Assembly (NCBI GenBank): GCA_041639695.1
Contig: JBEQBQ010000006.1
Span: forward strand, 1 to 60,687
Origin: Candidatus Nanohaloarchaea archaeon
GTDB lineage: Archaea > Nanohalarchaeota > Nanosalinia > Nanosalinales > Nanosalinaceae
Direction: 5' to 3'
Length of the DNA: 60,687 nt
Shown here: in pieces, positions 9,635 to 19,307 of the stretch
Position numbering within the stretch: the stretch's first letter is position 1
How the letters are laid out: each line of letters starts with the position of its first letter
Program-made: the position numbers and the translations under genes
Notes under the pieces: model-generated
Databases searched by the model: none
What the model was told of the DNA's origin: nothing
Seen by the model: only the letters and a program-made list of their open reading frames with translations

Positions 9635-9982
9635 TTACATAGTAGCTTCCTTTACTGTCTCCAGCCCCAGCATCGCGCACTTCATCCTCATCGGAGAAAC
9701 ATCAATACCTAACCTTTCTAGCATCCATTCATCGTCAAGCTCACTTACGTCTTCGGGGTTCATTCCTTCGAGTTCTTCAGATATTATTGAGATTGCTGCT
9801 GTCGATATAGCACAGCCATCGGTCTCGTGCCTGATCTTCCTGATCTCTCCATCCTCAACCTCCACGTAGATGTGTGTTTTGTCGCCACATGAAGGGTTTT
9901 CAGCCTCCGCATCTAGATCGGTTTCAAAGCTGCCCTCGTTCCGTGGATGTTTGTATAGATCAAGGATTTGGTCGCGGTACAT
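9635..9982 (-). CDS. sufU: SufU/IscU-type scaffold or sulfur-transfer protein
   Basis: ILDLYKHPRN, NPSCGD, GCAISTA, RMKCA. Confidence 0.92.
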   Translation of the reverse strand: MYRDQILDLYKHPRNEGSFETDLDAEAENPSCGDKTHIYVEVEDGEIRKIRHETDGCAISTAAISIISEELEGMNPEDVSELDDEWMLERLGIDVSPMRMKCAMLGLETVKEATM

Positions 9983-10036
9983 AGTTTCAAAGTTCTAACT
10001 TAATTCTTAACTAAGGCGTGGAAGAATTGAATTCTC

Positions 10037-10405
10037 ATGATCTGGAATACCGAAGCAGTTCTGGAGGATATCGAGAATGCGATGGAAGAACCTGTTAACT
10101 ACTTTCAGCAAGAGGGGCTGGAGATTGAAGCCTACAATTTAGATGTTGATCCCTCCAGAGGTAGTGGTGAAAGCCTTGAAACGGCTTTTGAAAACCTAGA
10201 TCTTTCCTTCGTCGGTGTTGTAAGATTCCGTTCCGAGGAATTTCCCGATCTTGATATAGAGTTTCTTTACGAACCATCAGAGAACCAGGGTTATTTTGCA
10301 GTAGGAAACATACAGGATGACGAAGACGCGCGTGAAACCGCAGAAGAATACTTTAAGGATGTGGGAGGGTTGGTCGACTATGGTCTTGAGGCAGAGTTCA
10401 GCTGA
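10037..10405 (+). CDS. hypothetical, very acidic protein
   Basis: 122-aa ORF between sufU and sufS on the opposite strand. Confidence 0.6.
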   Translation: MIWNTEAVLEDIENAMEEPVNYFQQEGLEIEAYNLDVDPSRGSGESLETAFENLDLSFVGVVRFRSEEFPDLDIEFLYEPSENQGYFAVGNIQDDEDARETAEEYFKDVGGLVDYGLEAEFS

Positions 10406-11579
10406 AAACTTGTTTGACTTCCTTTACGGCTTCCAAAAATTCTTCTACATCCTCTTCCGTGTTATATAGATAAGGTGATGCTCTCGTAGTACCTGATATA
10501 TCAAGTGACTCCATCAGTGGCTGCGCACAGTGATGTCCGGCCCGTACCGCTACATTTTTCTGGTTAAGAATCTCAGCGACATCATGGGGGTGAGCGAAGT
10601 TTGTGCTAAAGGATACGACAAAGACATCGTCTTCAGGAGCTAAAACATCCACTCCTTCAATCTTCTCTAGACCTTTCCTGATCTTTCTGCAAAGCTTTTG
10701 ATCATGTTCTTGGATCTCTTCCATCCCTATATCTTCTAGATAATCTATTGCAGCTGAAAGACCTACAGCGCCTGCAATATTAGGTGTACCGGCTTCAAAT
10801 CTTTCTGGAACCTTTTCATATTCGACTTTGTTCTTTTTGACCGCTCTGATCATCCCTCCACCAACTTGGTAAGGATCCATCTCCTCAAGCAGGTGTTTCT
10901 TCCCGTAAAGAACTCCTATTCCGGAAGGTCCCAACATTTTGTGGCCTGAAAAAGTAAGGAAATCGACATCAAGCTGTTTCACATTTGTATTCATTCGTGG
11001 TACTGACTGCGCTCCATCCAGAACCACGAGCGCATCGTTTTCATGCGCGAGCGCCACGATCTCCTCGACAGGGTTTCCTACACCGGTGACGTTCGAGACA
11101 TGCGAAAGGCTTACGAGAGCTGTATCTTCGTCAATTATTTCTTCCGCTGAATCAAGATCAAGCTTAAAGTCTTTTGTTGGGATGTATTCGAGTTCCAGGT
11201 TGTCCTGTTCGGCCTTTCTCCTCCAGGGCAATTGTTCGGAGTGATGAGCCATTTCCGGAACAACTATTTTTCCTTCAAGTTCAAGAGAGTGCGCTAGAAG
11301 ATTCATCGCCTCTGAAGTGTTCCGTACAAATATTGTTTCATCAGTTCTGGCATTTATGAACTCTGCTACATTCTTTCTTGCACTACTGTATTCTTTCGTG
11401 GCTTCTCCCGCTAAATCGTATAGTCCGCGGCCTACGTTTGCGTTTGAGTCTTCGTAAAATCTTTTTACGGCCGCAGTCACCTGTTTAGGTTTCTGTGATG
11501 TTGCTGCCGAGTCGAGGTAGACAAGTTCCTCGTGGTTCTGGAAGATGGGAAAGTCTTCTCTCAGTTTTTCGGGTTCCAT
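10398..11579 (-). CDS. sufS: cysteine desulfurase SufS
   Basis: YLDSAATSQKP, DGAQS, FSGHKMLGP (PLP Lys), RAGHHCAQP. Confidence 0.96.
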   Translation of the reverse strand: MEPEKLREDFPIFQNHEELVYLDSAATSQKPKQVTAAVKRFYEDSNANVGRGLYDLAGEATKEYSSARKNVAEFINARTDETIFVRNTSEAMNLLAHSLELEGKIVVPEMAHHSEQLPWRRKAEQDNLELEYIPTKDFKLDLDSAEEIIDEDTALVSLSHVSNVTGVGNPVEEIVALAHENDALVVLDGAQSVPRMNTNVKQLDVDFLTFSGHKMLGPSGIGVLYGKKHLLEEMDPYQVGGGMIRAVKKNKVEYEKVPERFEAGTPNIAGAVGLSAAIDYLEDIGMEEIQEHDQKLCRKIRKGLEKIEGVDVLAPEDDVFVVSFSTNFAHPHDVAEILNQKNVAVRAGHHCAQPLMESLDISGTTRASPYLYNTEEDVEEFLEAVKEVKQVFS

Positions 11580-11615
11580 AAGCCCTAACTCCAAGTCGAA
11601 CTTTTTAAGAACACT

Positions 11616-11792
11616 CTAGGACCTGATCCAGGAGAGAACGCCTGAACCTATAGAGACCACGAGAAACACTGAAATGAACGCACCTATGTTCTTCGGGTTG
11701 ATCCAGCCCGAGGTGTAGATATCGGAGAATATGTATGCCAGGCCTCCGCCTGTGCTTGAAAATGCCAGAAGCCGCCAGCCTTCTCTTTCCAT
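11616..11792 (-). CDS. small two-TM membrane protein (58 aa) between sufD and sufS
   Basis: Manual translation MEREGWRLLAFSSTGGGLAYIF...GVLSWIRS*. Confidence 0.55.
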   Translation of the reverse strand: MEREGWRLLAFSSTGGGLAYIFSDIYTSGWINPKNIGAFISVFLVVSIGSGVLSWIRS

Positions 11793-11833
11793 AAATTGGA
11801 AAATCTAAGCTCCAGACTTAAACTGAATGTTTC

Positions 11834-12910
11834 TCATCTAAGCTTGCATTCGACTTCATCCCTGATATTTTCCTTCAGCTCAGGTAGCTTAATCTCTTCA
11901 AGTACTGGTTCAAAGAAGCCCTTCACAATCAAACGCTGGGCTTTTTCTTCTGAAAGACCTCTTGACTCAAGATAGTGAAGCTCTTTCTCAGGAAGGTTTC
12001 CAGCGGAAGCGGCATGACTGGCCTCAACCTCAGGATCTTCAATCATAAGTTTGGGCGAGGCGTCAACTTCCGCATCGTTGGACAGTGTGAGTACGTTTTC
12101 GTTCTGGAAACTATGTGTATCATCCGCCTGACTTTCTACTTTCTGCAGTCCCTCGTATACTGATCGTGCCTCGTCGTCCACAACTGCACGTGAATCCATG
12201 TCGCACCGTGTGTTGGTTCCTATGTGCCTGACATGGAGGGAAATGTCGATGTGTCGGTCGTCTGTGGGGTACCAGATGCCCTGCATATCGGCTTCGGAGT
12301 TGTCTCCTTTCAGTACAGTTTCGATCTTCGTCCTGTTCAAATCACCCTCGAACTGAGAGTTCAACCACTCAATATTCGCGTCCCGTTCAACTACGGCCTT
12401 TCTCCTCGAGTACGAAAGCTCGGCGTCGCAAGATTCAATATTTCCGTATCTGACCGTGGAGTTCTCTCCCAGGTAAAATTCGTTGAACGAGGTCTGAACA
12501 CTTGTTTCTCCTCTAAACTCTTCGGTTACCGTTATCTCCGCGTTCCGGGAGGTCTCAAGAACCATGTGTGAGAAAACAGGCGAATCATTTTCGTACCGGA
12601 TATTTATCTCAGAAACTCCCTCGGCCTTAACATAGATTACCGCGTTGAGGTTGGCGGCATGGAAGGCATTCATCCGATCCTCCTCCATCTTTATCGAATC
12701 GAAAAGCTTCTCGCCAGCCTCTTCGACAGCTTCTTCGCCGGTCAAAACCGTTACTTCGCCGTCCGAATCAATTTCTGGTTCAAAATCGGAGTCTCCGACT
12801 TCGAATTCCTCAACGTCCGGGTAACGTGTCCATGTTCTTCCCGGCGTTCTAATCGATTCAGGCATCTCAAGCTCCTGAATCTTCCTCTCAGCTTCTTTCT
12901 TCAGATTCAT
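11834..12910 (-). CDS. sufD: SufD
   Basis: SufB/D beta-helix; PKLMIEDPEVEASHAASAG, YLESRGL; ATGA overlap with sufB. Confidence 0.92.
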   Translation of the reverse strand: MNLKKEAERKIQELEMPESIRTPGRTWTRYPDVEEFEVGDSDFEPEIDSDGEVTVLTGEEAVEEAGEKLFDSIKMEEDRMNAFHAANLNAVIYVKAEGVSEINIRYENDSPVFSHMVLETSRNAEITVTEEFRGETSVQTSFNEFYLGENSTVRYGNIESCDAELSYSRRKAVVERDANIEWLNSQFEGDLNRTKIETVLKGDNSEADMQGIWYPTDDRHIDISLHVRHIGTNTRCDMDSRAVVDDEARSVYEGLQKVESQADDTHSFQNENVLTLSNDAEVDASPKLMIEDPEVEASHAASAGNLPEKELHYLESRGLSEEKAQRLIVKGFFEPVLEEIKLPELKENIRDEVECKLR

Positions 12911-14301
12911 CCTAGGCTTCCCTCCATTTCAAGCTGGATCAAACGGTTTAGTTCGACAGCGTATTCAAGCGGAAGCTCCTTCGCAATAGGCTCGATAAAC
13001 CCTCTTACAATCATTTCCTTGGCTTCCTCCTCTTCGATACCTCTCGACATCAGGTAGTGTATTTCTTCGTCCCCAATCGAACCTACTGTGGCTTCGTGAG
13101 CTACGTCAACATCATCCTCTTTCAATTCAACGTAAGGCTCTGTGTCGGAGGTAGCTTCTTCGTCAAACATCAAAGCGTCGCATTCGATCGAAGTCTTAGA
13201 TCCGTGTGCTCCGTTAGCTACTCTTACAAGCCCTCTATAGTTTGTTCTTCCGTTATCCTGCGAAATGCTCTTTGATTCAATAGTTGACTTAGTATTTGGT
13301 GCGTTGTGGATAACTTTTGCGCCCGTGTCAATATCCTGGCCTTCTCCTGCGAAGGAGATCGTGATGTGGTTGGCTTTCGCACCTTCGCCATTCAAATGCG
13401 ATGAAGGATAAAGCATCGTGACCTTCGAACCCATAGATCCGGAAACCCACTCCATCGTACCGTTCTTCTGTACCTTAGCTCTCTTAGTGTTCAGGTTGTA
13501 CGTGTTCTTCGACCAGTTCTGCACCGTCGAATACTGGACGTGGGCATCCTCTTTAACGAATACTTCGACACATCCTGAGTGGAGATTGCTTCTTGTGTAC
13601 TGTGGTGCAGAACAGCCTTCAATATAGTGTACCTTCGAGTTCTTTTCTGCTATAATCAAAGTGTGTTCGAACTGGCCCATTCCCTGCGAGTTCATCCGGA
13701 AATAAGCTTGTACAGGGATCTCGACCTCTACACCTTCAGGTACGTAGACGAAAGAGCCTCCGCTCCAGACTGCTCCGTGTAGAGCTGCGAACTTGTTGTC
13801 CTGAGCCGGAACACACCTCCTCATGAAATACTCTTTAACCAGTTCTTCGTGTTCCTGCAACGCTTTGTCCATGTCGCAGAAGATGACGCCTTTCTCCTCC
13901 CACTCTTCCTTCATGTTTTGGTAGACGACTTCGGAATCGTACTGTGCGCCTACACCGGAAAGAGCATCTCTCTCGGCCTCAGGAATCCCGAGCTTATCGA
14001 AAGTTTCCCTTATCTCGTCGGGTACCTCGTCCCAATCGTTAGATTGTTCTGCGTCGGGCTTGATGAACGCGGTAATTTCTTCGAAGTCAATACCTGAGAG
14101 GTCCGGACCCCAGTCGGGCATAGGACGTTTCTTGAAATGTCTGTAAGCCTTCAAACGTTTTTTCTTCATCCATTCTGGCTCGTCTTTCTGCTCCGAGATT
14201 TCCTCGATTATTTCCTCGGATAGGCCTTTGCCCGAGTCGTATGCAGGTTCGGAATCTACTTTATGATCAAACCTTTCCTGGTTTTTCTCAACTTCAGTCA
14301 T
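12907..14301 (-). CDS. sufB: SufB
   Basis: FAALHGAVWSGGSFVYVP, GQFEHTLII, YIEGCSAP, LHSGCVE, HEATVG. Confidence 0.97.
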   Translation of the reverse strand: MTEVEKNQERFDHKVDSEPAYDSGKGLSEEIIEEISEQKDEPEWMKKKRLKAYRHFKKRPMPDWGPDLSGIDFEEITAFIKPDAEQSNDWDEVPDEIRETFDKLGIPEAERDALSGVGAQYDSEVVYQNMKEEWEEKGVIFCDMDKALQEHEELVKEYFMRRCVPAQDNKFAALHGAVWSGGSFVYVPEGVEVEIPVQAYFRMNSQGMGQFEHTLIIAEKNSKVHYIEGCSAPQYTRSNLHSGCVEVFVKEDAHVQYSTVQNWSKNTYNLNTKRAKVQKNGTMEWVSGSMGSKVTMLYPSSHLNGEGAKANHITISFAGEGQDIDTGAKVIHNAPNTKSTIESKSISQDNGRTNYRGLVRVANGAHGSKTSIECDALMFDEEATSDTEPYVELKEDDVDVAHEATVGSIGDEEIHYLMSRGIEEEEAKEMIVRGFIEPIAKELPLEYAVELNRLIQLEMEGSLG

Positions 14302-14324
14302 ACTACTTGGTTCCGGGATGAACC

Positions 14325-14348
14325 TTTAAATTCTGAGCCAGTTCAGAA
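14325..14348 (-). promoter_or_regulatory. sufB promoter: TATA box (TTTAAA) with an abutting inverted repeat TTCTGA-N6-TCAGAA
   Basis: TTTAAA at 14325-14330 lies 24-29 nt upstream of the sufB ATG; inverted repeat at 14331-14348. Confidence 0.4.
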
Positions 14349-14383
14349 ATCAGCTAGATAAGCTTTAGCACGAAATAGTTGTT

Positions 14384-14782
14384 ATGTCAGAGTCGTACGG
14401 CCAGCAGATTTATGGCGCAGTCTGCCAACTAGATCTTAGAAATTGTCTAGGGCGGCTTAGAAGTCCTGTAAAAGATATTTTGACGGGTCAGACAGAACAA
14501 TATCAGTCTGTTGACTGTTTAGGAGTTGAAGATGCAAGTGAGATAGGAATAATGGAGGAATACCGAGTCTGGTTAGATGAATCTGAGGAGTCTCCGTCTC
14601 TTTGTTTTTCGCTTGCTCTAGCAGAACTGGGAACGGATAGAATGCTTACAACTTCATACAGTCAAGGGGAAGATCAGCTTTTTGAAGACTTTGTTGAGTC
14701 TATAGACGATTCCCTAGAAGATTACGAATTAAAAAGGTGTCATATGGGTTCAAACACAGAAGCCTGGGTATTCAAGATTTGA
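14384..14782 (+). CDS. hypothetical protein
   Basis: 132-aa acidic ORF divergent from sufB. Confidence 0.55.
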   Translation: MSESYGQQIYGAVCQLDLRNCLGRLRSPVKDILTGQTEQYQSVDCLGVEDASEIGIMEEYRVWLDESEESPSLCFSLALAELGTDRMLTTSYSQGEDQLFEDFVESIDDSLEDYELKRCHMGSNTEAWVFKI

Positions 14783-15164
14783 TATCAGAAGACGAGTAGC
14801 CTTCTTTCTCAGTTATTCTAACAACTTCAACATCGTGGCCTGTCGCATCTTCAGCCATCTCTCTGACCTCTTTTTCAGAATGACTCTGGTCATGCCCTAG
14901 GGTGATAATATCCGGATCAACTTCCTTTACGGTCGAGTAGATATCTCCTTCCGAGCCGAGAGTTGCTCTGTCAACAACCTCAAGTGCCTTAAGCATCTCC
15001 TGCCTTTCCTTCTCGTCGAACTCAATATCCTTTCTTTCTTTGACTCTGGAGTCTCTGGCGACGACTACCACAAGCTCATCGCCCTGTTTCGCGGATTCTC
15101 TCAGGTAATGGAGATGTCCCGGATGGAGCACATCGAAAGTTCCTTGGGCCATTACAGTGGTCAT
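14772..15164 (-). CDS. ribL: archaeal FAD synthetase (cytidylyltransferase-like)
   Basis: GTFDVLHPGH, VVVARD, PDIITLGHDQ, YSSS. Confidence 0.85.
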   Translation of the reverse strand: MTTVMAQGTFDVLHPGHLHYLRESAKQGDELVVVVARDSRVKERKDIEFDEKERQEMLKALEVVDRATLGSEGDIYSTVKEVDPDIITLGHDQSHSEKEVREMAEDATGHDVEVVRITEKEGYSSSDIKS

Positions 15165-15234
15165 GTTAGATGATTGAAATACTCAGAATTAAATTAGGAC
15201 ATGGCGAGATCTAACGGATAGACGTCCAATTCCG

Positions 15235-16467
15235 ATGATTTATATGGCTGGAGAGGACTCTAAGGTTATGTCCCAAAATCTTGAGGAGAAGATTGAACTT
15301 CTTGAGCAGAGACTTGGTCGACTTGAAGAAGAAAACCAGGAACTCAAACAAAGGCTTAATGATTCTGTTGATTTTGAGGAGAAGGAAAAATCTCGGGTTT
15401 CGCGACGTGGTTTTCTAAAGAAGCTAGGAGCTGGTGCAATAGGTATAGGAGCACTTTCCTTAACTCCTGCGGCATCTAAGTTAAAAATTAGCAGTAATGG
15501 TATTGAGGGGGGTGCAGGACTGAATTTCTCAGAGTCTGGGTCGAAATATTTCAAGATAAGTGAGGGAGGCCCTGTAAAAGTAAACAACACTCACTTAGAG
15601 ATTAGATCGAATAAAGTGGTGGCAACTGAGCCTGTAGTAGTAGCTGCCGGCAACAGCAAGAAGAAAAACCTTGCTGATTATGTATGCGATGGTACAAACG
15701 ATCAACAAACGATTCAGTCGGCTCTTAACGAATTCAGCCAAGATAGCGGGAAGTTTGTGAGGCTTCTTGATGGAGATTATTACCTATCGGGTCGATTAGA
15801 TATGGAAGGGAGAGGTCTGCGCGGACAATCGATGCACGGCACGGTCTTGCATGCAACTAACGAACTTTCAAACAAAATGATTTTCGGGGGTTCTAATGAT
15901 GCTGCCATAGGTCTGGAATCGCTTCAATTACATGGTCATAGGCGAGATAACTCTGGGTCCTATATCGGTGTACAACCACGGTACCGAGGACCTCTGTACA
16001 TCAATAACGTGGAGGTCCGGTCCTTCCCTGGTAGCGGTATAAGTAACGCTGGGTACGAAGGGCAGAAAGCGACAGCTAGCATAACCAACTCCAAAATACG
16101 TGACAACGGTGAACATGGTATTTTCTTAAGATATTACTACAAGCGTCCTACGAATGGAGCGGGTTCAAGTAATCAATTAATGGCCTCAGGCAGGTTGATT
16201 GCGAACTGCGGTGTGATGAACAACGGTCAGAACGGTTCTGAAGACTATGATAACATATGGATAGGTGATGACAATACGTATGGGAGCAGATGGTTTACTA
16301 TAAAAGGTAACTACATCGAAAAAGGAGGCAATACCCGGTACGGAATCCAGCTTCATGGCAGATCAAATGGAACTCATGTCGTGATAGGGAATAACTTCGA
16401 TGCAGGAGGTAATACAGCTAACCTCTCAGATAACGCGTCAAACACGATAGTAGGAAACAACTACTGA
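15235..16467 (+). CDS. coiled-coil plus twin-arginine signal protein with right-handed beta-helix (tailspike/pectate-lyase-like) head
   Basis: Coiled coil, SRRGFLKK plus hydrophobic helix, ADYVCDGTNDQQTIQSALN...LLDGDYYL, repeated N/G-I beta-helix turns. Confidence 0.78.
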   Translation: MIYMAGEDSKVMSQNLEEKIELLEQRLGRLEEENQELKQRLNDSVDFEEKEKSRVSRRGFLKKLGAGAIGIGALSLTPAASKLKISSNGIEGGAGLNFSESGSKYFKISEGGPVKVNNTHLEIRSNKVVATEPVVVAAGNSKKKNLADYVCDGTNDQQTIQSALNEFSQDSGKFVRLLDGDYYLSGRLDMEGRGLRGQSMHGTVLHATNELSNKMIFGGSNDAAIGLESLQLHGHRRDNSGSYIGVQPRYRGPLYINNVEVRSFPGSGISNAGYEGQKATASITNSKIRDNGEHGIFLRYYYKRPTNGAGSSNQLMASGRLIANCGVMNNGQNGSEDYDNIWIGDDNTYGSRWFTIKGNYIEKGGNTRYGIQLHGRSNGTHVVIGNNFDAGGNTANLSDNASNTIVGNNY

Positions 16468-16481
16468 AAGATGTCTTTCTC

Positions 16482-18317
16482 TCATGAGAAAAATTCCTCT
16501 ATCTCTTTCCACGGAGCTTTAGTACTTCTCAGGTTGGTTCCTGGAGGGAAAACCTTCCTATAGTTGCTCCAGTTGTATCTTTTGTCCATGTAGACGATTA
16601 CACCTTCATCGGTTTTTGAACGTATGCAGCGGCCTGCGGCCTGTATCGCACGGTTCATCGCAGGATAGCTGTAGCCGTAGTCCCATCCTTTGCCGAAAAG
16701 TTCATCGTAGAAATCGATGAGTTCTTTAGTTTCAAGATCCGGTTTCTGAAGAGGCAGTCCAACAACAAAAACACCTTTCAGTACTTCTCCAGGGTAGTCG
16801 ACACCTTCTCCGAATGAACCTGCGGCCACCCCTAGCAGAACGGAGTCTTTCTCGCCTTTCCTAGCAGCGAAGTCATCGAGAACCTCCTGCTTCTCCTCCT
16901 TGTCCATAGAACGATCCTCAATAAACAGCTTTCTGTCGGTTCGGGTTTCAAGCAGTTCCTTTACCTTGTACATCATCGAGTAAGACGGGAAGAAGACGCC
17001 GCAGTTGCCGTCAACGGACTCAAACGATTTTGCAAGGTACCAGGCGTACTTTTGTCTCATAGAATCGTCTCTTTCCTCGTACTTCGTTGTTAACGTAGGG
17101 ATTACTAGGCTGATCTGGTTCTTCTTGGGGAATGGGGATTCGAAGGAAACTGTTTCAGTTTTCTTTTCATCAAGTCCGGTTAGATCGATGTACATCTGCT
17201 GCGGTGTTAGTGTGCCGGACATTAGAACGGAGCTGAATGAGTTGTTCAACGGTTCTTTGGTGGAGATTTGAGGGTCAAGACAGGAGTAGTTTATCCTTAT
17301 TTCGCGGTTTCCTCCGCTTGTCATAGCCCTCTTGATACAGCGCACGAATCCTTTGTCCTCGCCATTCCAGTAGTCAAGGAACTCCGCGACATTTGCGCAG
17401 TAGCTTCTTTCCTGTTCTTCTTCAACCTCTTCAGCAACATTCTCTAGGTCAAGTATAAGTTCGTCGTAGTCATAGAAGCTCTCAACAGGCTCTTTTAGAG
17501 TGCTTTTTTCGAGTGTTTCTTCGTGGCTGGTCTGTCCTAGTTTGTCCCGGGCTATCTTGTTTACTGCTCTATCAAGCTGCTCGAGGTATTCCTGTTCTCT
17601 GTAGTATCCGAATTTTTCGGCTTCTGTCTGAGCCTTCTTGATCATCGGAATCGTTACTGAACTTGAGAAGAGTGAGCGGGTTCTTGATGGAAGGTTGTGT
17701 GCCTCGTCAACGATTATAATGGCGTCATTCAGTTCTATACCGGCTTTTTCAAACACGATCTCTCTAACTCCCGGGTGGAATACGTGGAAGTAGTCCGCAA
17801 CCACTAAGTCGGCTTCAGCAGTCATATGCATCAAGATCTGGTAGGGGCATACATCCGTACATTTTTTCTTTACTTCTTCTGCGGTCAAACCCTGGTTCTT
17901 GAACTGTTTGATCCGGTTCCTGGCTTTGTCTGTAAGCTCGTGTGCCTCTGTAAAGGTGTTGTCATGTCTCGGACAGTCGGGTCCCTCCTGACCTCGTAAA
18001 CCGGCTTCACCCTCACAAAGATGTGACTTACCTATCAGGTCTACTGAAGAGACTGTTTCATCATGTTTGTCGTTAATCTTTCTGGCGGTCTCTATAGCGA
18101 TCTGGTGCTGGCTATGCCGTGGCGTAACAAAGAAAACTTTCTTATCATTCTGCTTAGCGTACTCTAGAGCCGGTGTTATCGATCCAGCGGTCTTTCCGAG
18201 GCCCGTTGGTGCGTGAGCTACTAGTGAGCCTTCTCTTTCTATTGCTTCTTCTACTTTTTCGATTAGTTCATCCTGTTTGTCCCTTACTTCTGAGAACGGG
18301 AAAAGGTCCATAATCAT
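16482..18317 (-). CDS. xpd: XPD/Rad3 Fe-S DNA helicase
   Basis: APTGLGKT, four Fe-S Cys, DEAHNL, SGTL, EGVDYPG, QAAGRCIR. Confidence 0.93.
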   Translation of the reverse strand: MIMDLFPFSEVRDKQDELIEKVEEAIEREGSLVAHAPTGLGKTAGSITPALEYAKQNDKKVFFVTPRHSQHQIAIETARKINDKHDETVSSVDLIGKSHLCEGEAGLRGQEGPDCPRHDNTFTEAHELTDKARNRIKQFKNQGLTAEEVKKKCTDVCPYQILMHMTAEADLVVADYFHVFHPGVREIVFEKAGIELNDAIIIVDEAHNLPSRTRSLFSSSVTIPMIKKAQTEAEKFGYYREQEYLEQLDRAVNKIARDKLGQTSHEETLEKSTLKEPVESFYDYDELILDLENVAEEVEEEQERSYCANVAEFLDYWNGEDKGFVRCIKRAMTSGGNREIRINYSCLDPQISTKEPLNNSFSSVLMSGTLTPQQMYIDLTGLDEKKTETVSFESPFPKKNQISLVIPTLTTKYEERDDSMRQKYAWYLAKSFESVDGNCGVFFPSYSMMYKVKELLETRTDRKLFIEDRSMDKEEKQEVLDDFAARKGEKDSVLLGVAAGSFGEGVDYPGEVLKGVFVVGLPLQKPDLETKELIDFYDELFGKGWDYGYSYPAMNRAIQAAGRCIRSKTDEGVIVYMDKRYNWSNYRKVFPPGTNLRSTKAPWKEIEEFFS

Positions 18318-18395
18318 TCCTCGGGACTACAACTGATTTTAAGGTTAACATATTCGAGAAAACTGGTAAAAAACTCCCGCATTCTATATCTTTTC

Positions 18396-19274
18396 ATGAG
18401 TTGGCATGCTGCAGAAGCTATCGATGAGACTGTAGAGCAAACCAGGAAGTTCCTTACTCCGATAGATACAGGTCTCTGGGCTAGACTAGCTGTAGTAGCA
18501 TTTTTCATCGGAAGTATCAGTCTTAGCATGCCTGTTCCGCCTCTACCTCCGGAAGCATTCGTTGCTTTAACAGAAGTTTCAGGGGTTGCAGTATCAACAG
18601 CATTTGTAGCAGGAATAATCGGTGTCTCGGTAATATTCGGTTTAGGACTTCTTTTTGTTTCAAGCGTGTTCAACTTTGTGCTTTTCCAAGGTTTGATGGA
18701 AGAAAAATTACACTTAGGTGATCTCTTCAGCAGGAATATGGGTAGAGGTGTCCAGTTCATGGCGTTCCAGTTCCTCGCATTTCTAATTGGTATAGGAATT
18801 ATTGCGGGAATAGTAATCCTTGCGATGTTGGAGACTGTACTTCTTATACCTGCAGTAATAGCTTTGATCCCTCTAGCTCTTCTCTCCGGAGTTGTGATGA
18901 CTCTTGTACATGATTTTGTTTTACCAGACATGATAAAGAACGATAGAGGTTTAATTGAATCTCTTAGAACTGTGTTCGGCGGTTTGAGAGGTCAAGGTTT
19001 CCAGGTTGCTGTATACTTTGTCCTGAAGATAGCGATCTCGATGGCGGTAGGTGCAGCGGTCTCATTCGGATCCTTTGCGGCAATCATCCTGCTAGCAATT
19101 CTACTAGGTGTTCCGGCTGCAGTTCTTTCCATGGTAGGTATTCCGGCAGGACTACTGTTCCTTGTATTAGGTATAATAGGGTTCGTGGCGATCATGTTGT
19201 TTGTTGTAGCTGTGCCTGTAAACGTCTTCATGTACTTTTACGCCCTAAACGTCTACGAGAAACTGCTACAGTGA
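18396..19274 (+). CDS. multi-pass membrane protein (haloarchaeal-type hypothetical)
   Basis: MSWHAAEAIDE...WARLAVVAFF; about 6-7 TM helices. Confidence 0.75.
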   Translation: MSWHAAEAIDETVEQTRKFLTPIDTGLWARLAVVAFFIGSISLSMPVPPLPPEAFVALTEVSGVAVSTAFVAGIIGVSVIFGLGLLFVSSVFNFVLFQGLMEEKLHLGDLFSRNMGRGVQFMAFQFLAFLIGIGIIAGIVILAMLETVLLIPAVIALIPLALLSGVVMTLVHDFVLPDMIKNDRGLIESLRTVFGGLRGQGFQVAVYFVLKIAISMAVGAAVSFGSFAAIILLAILLGVPAAVLSMVGIPAGLLFLVLGIIGFVAIMLFVVAVPVNVFMYFYALNVYEKLLQ

Positions 19275-19307
19275 AAAATGAAAATGTAGAAGGGAGGGGG
19301 GAAAGTA

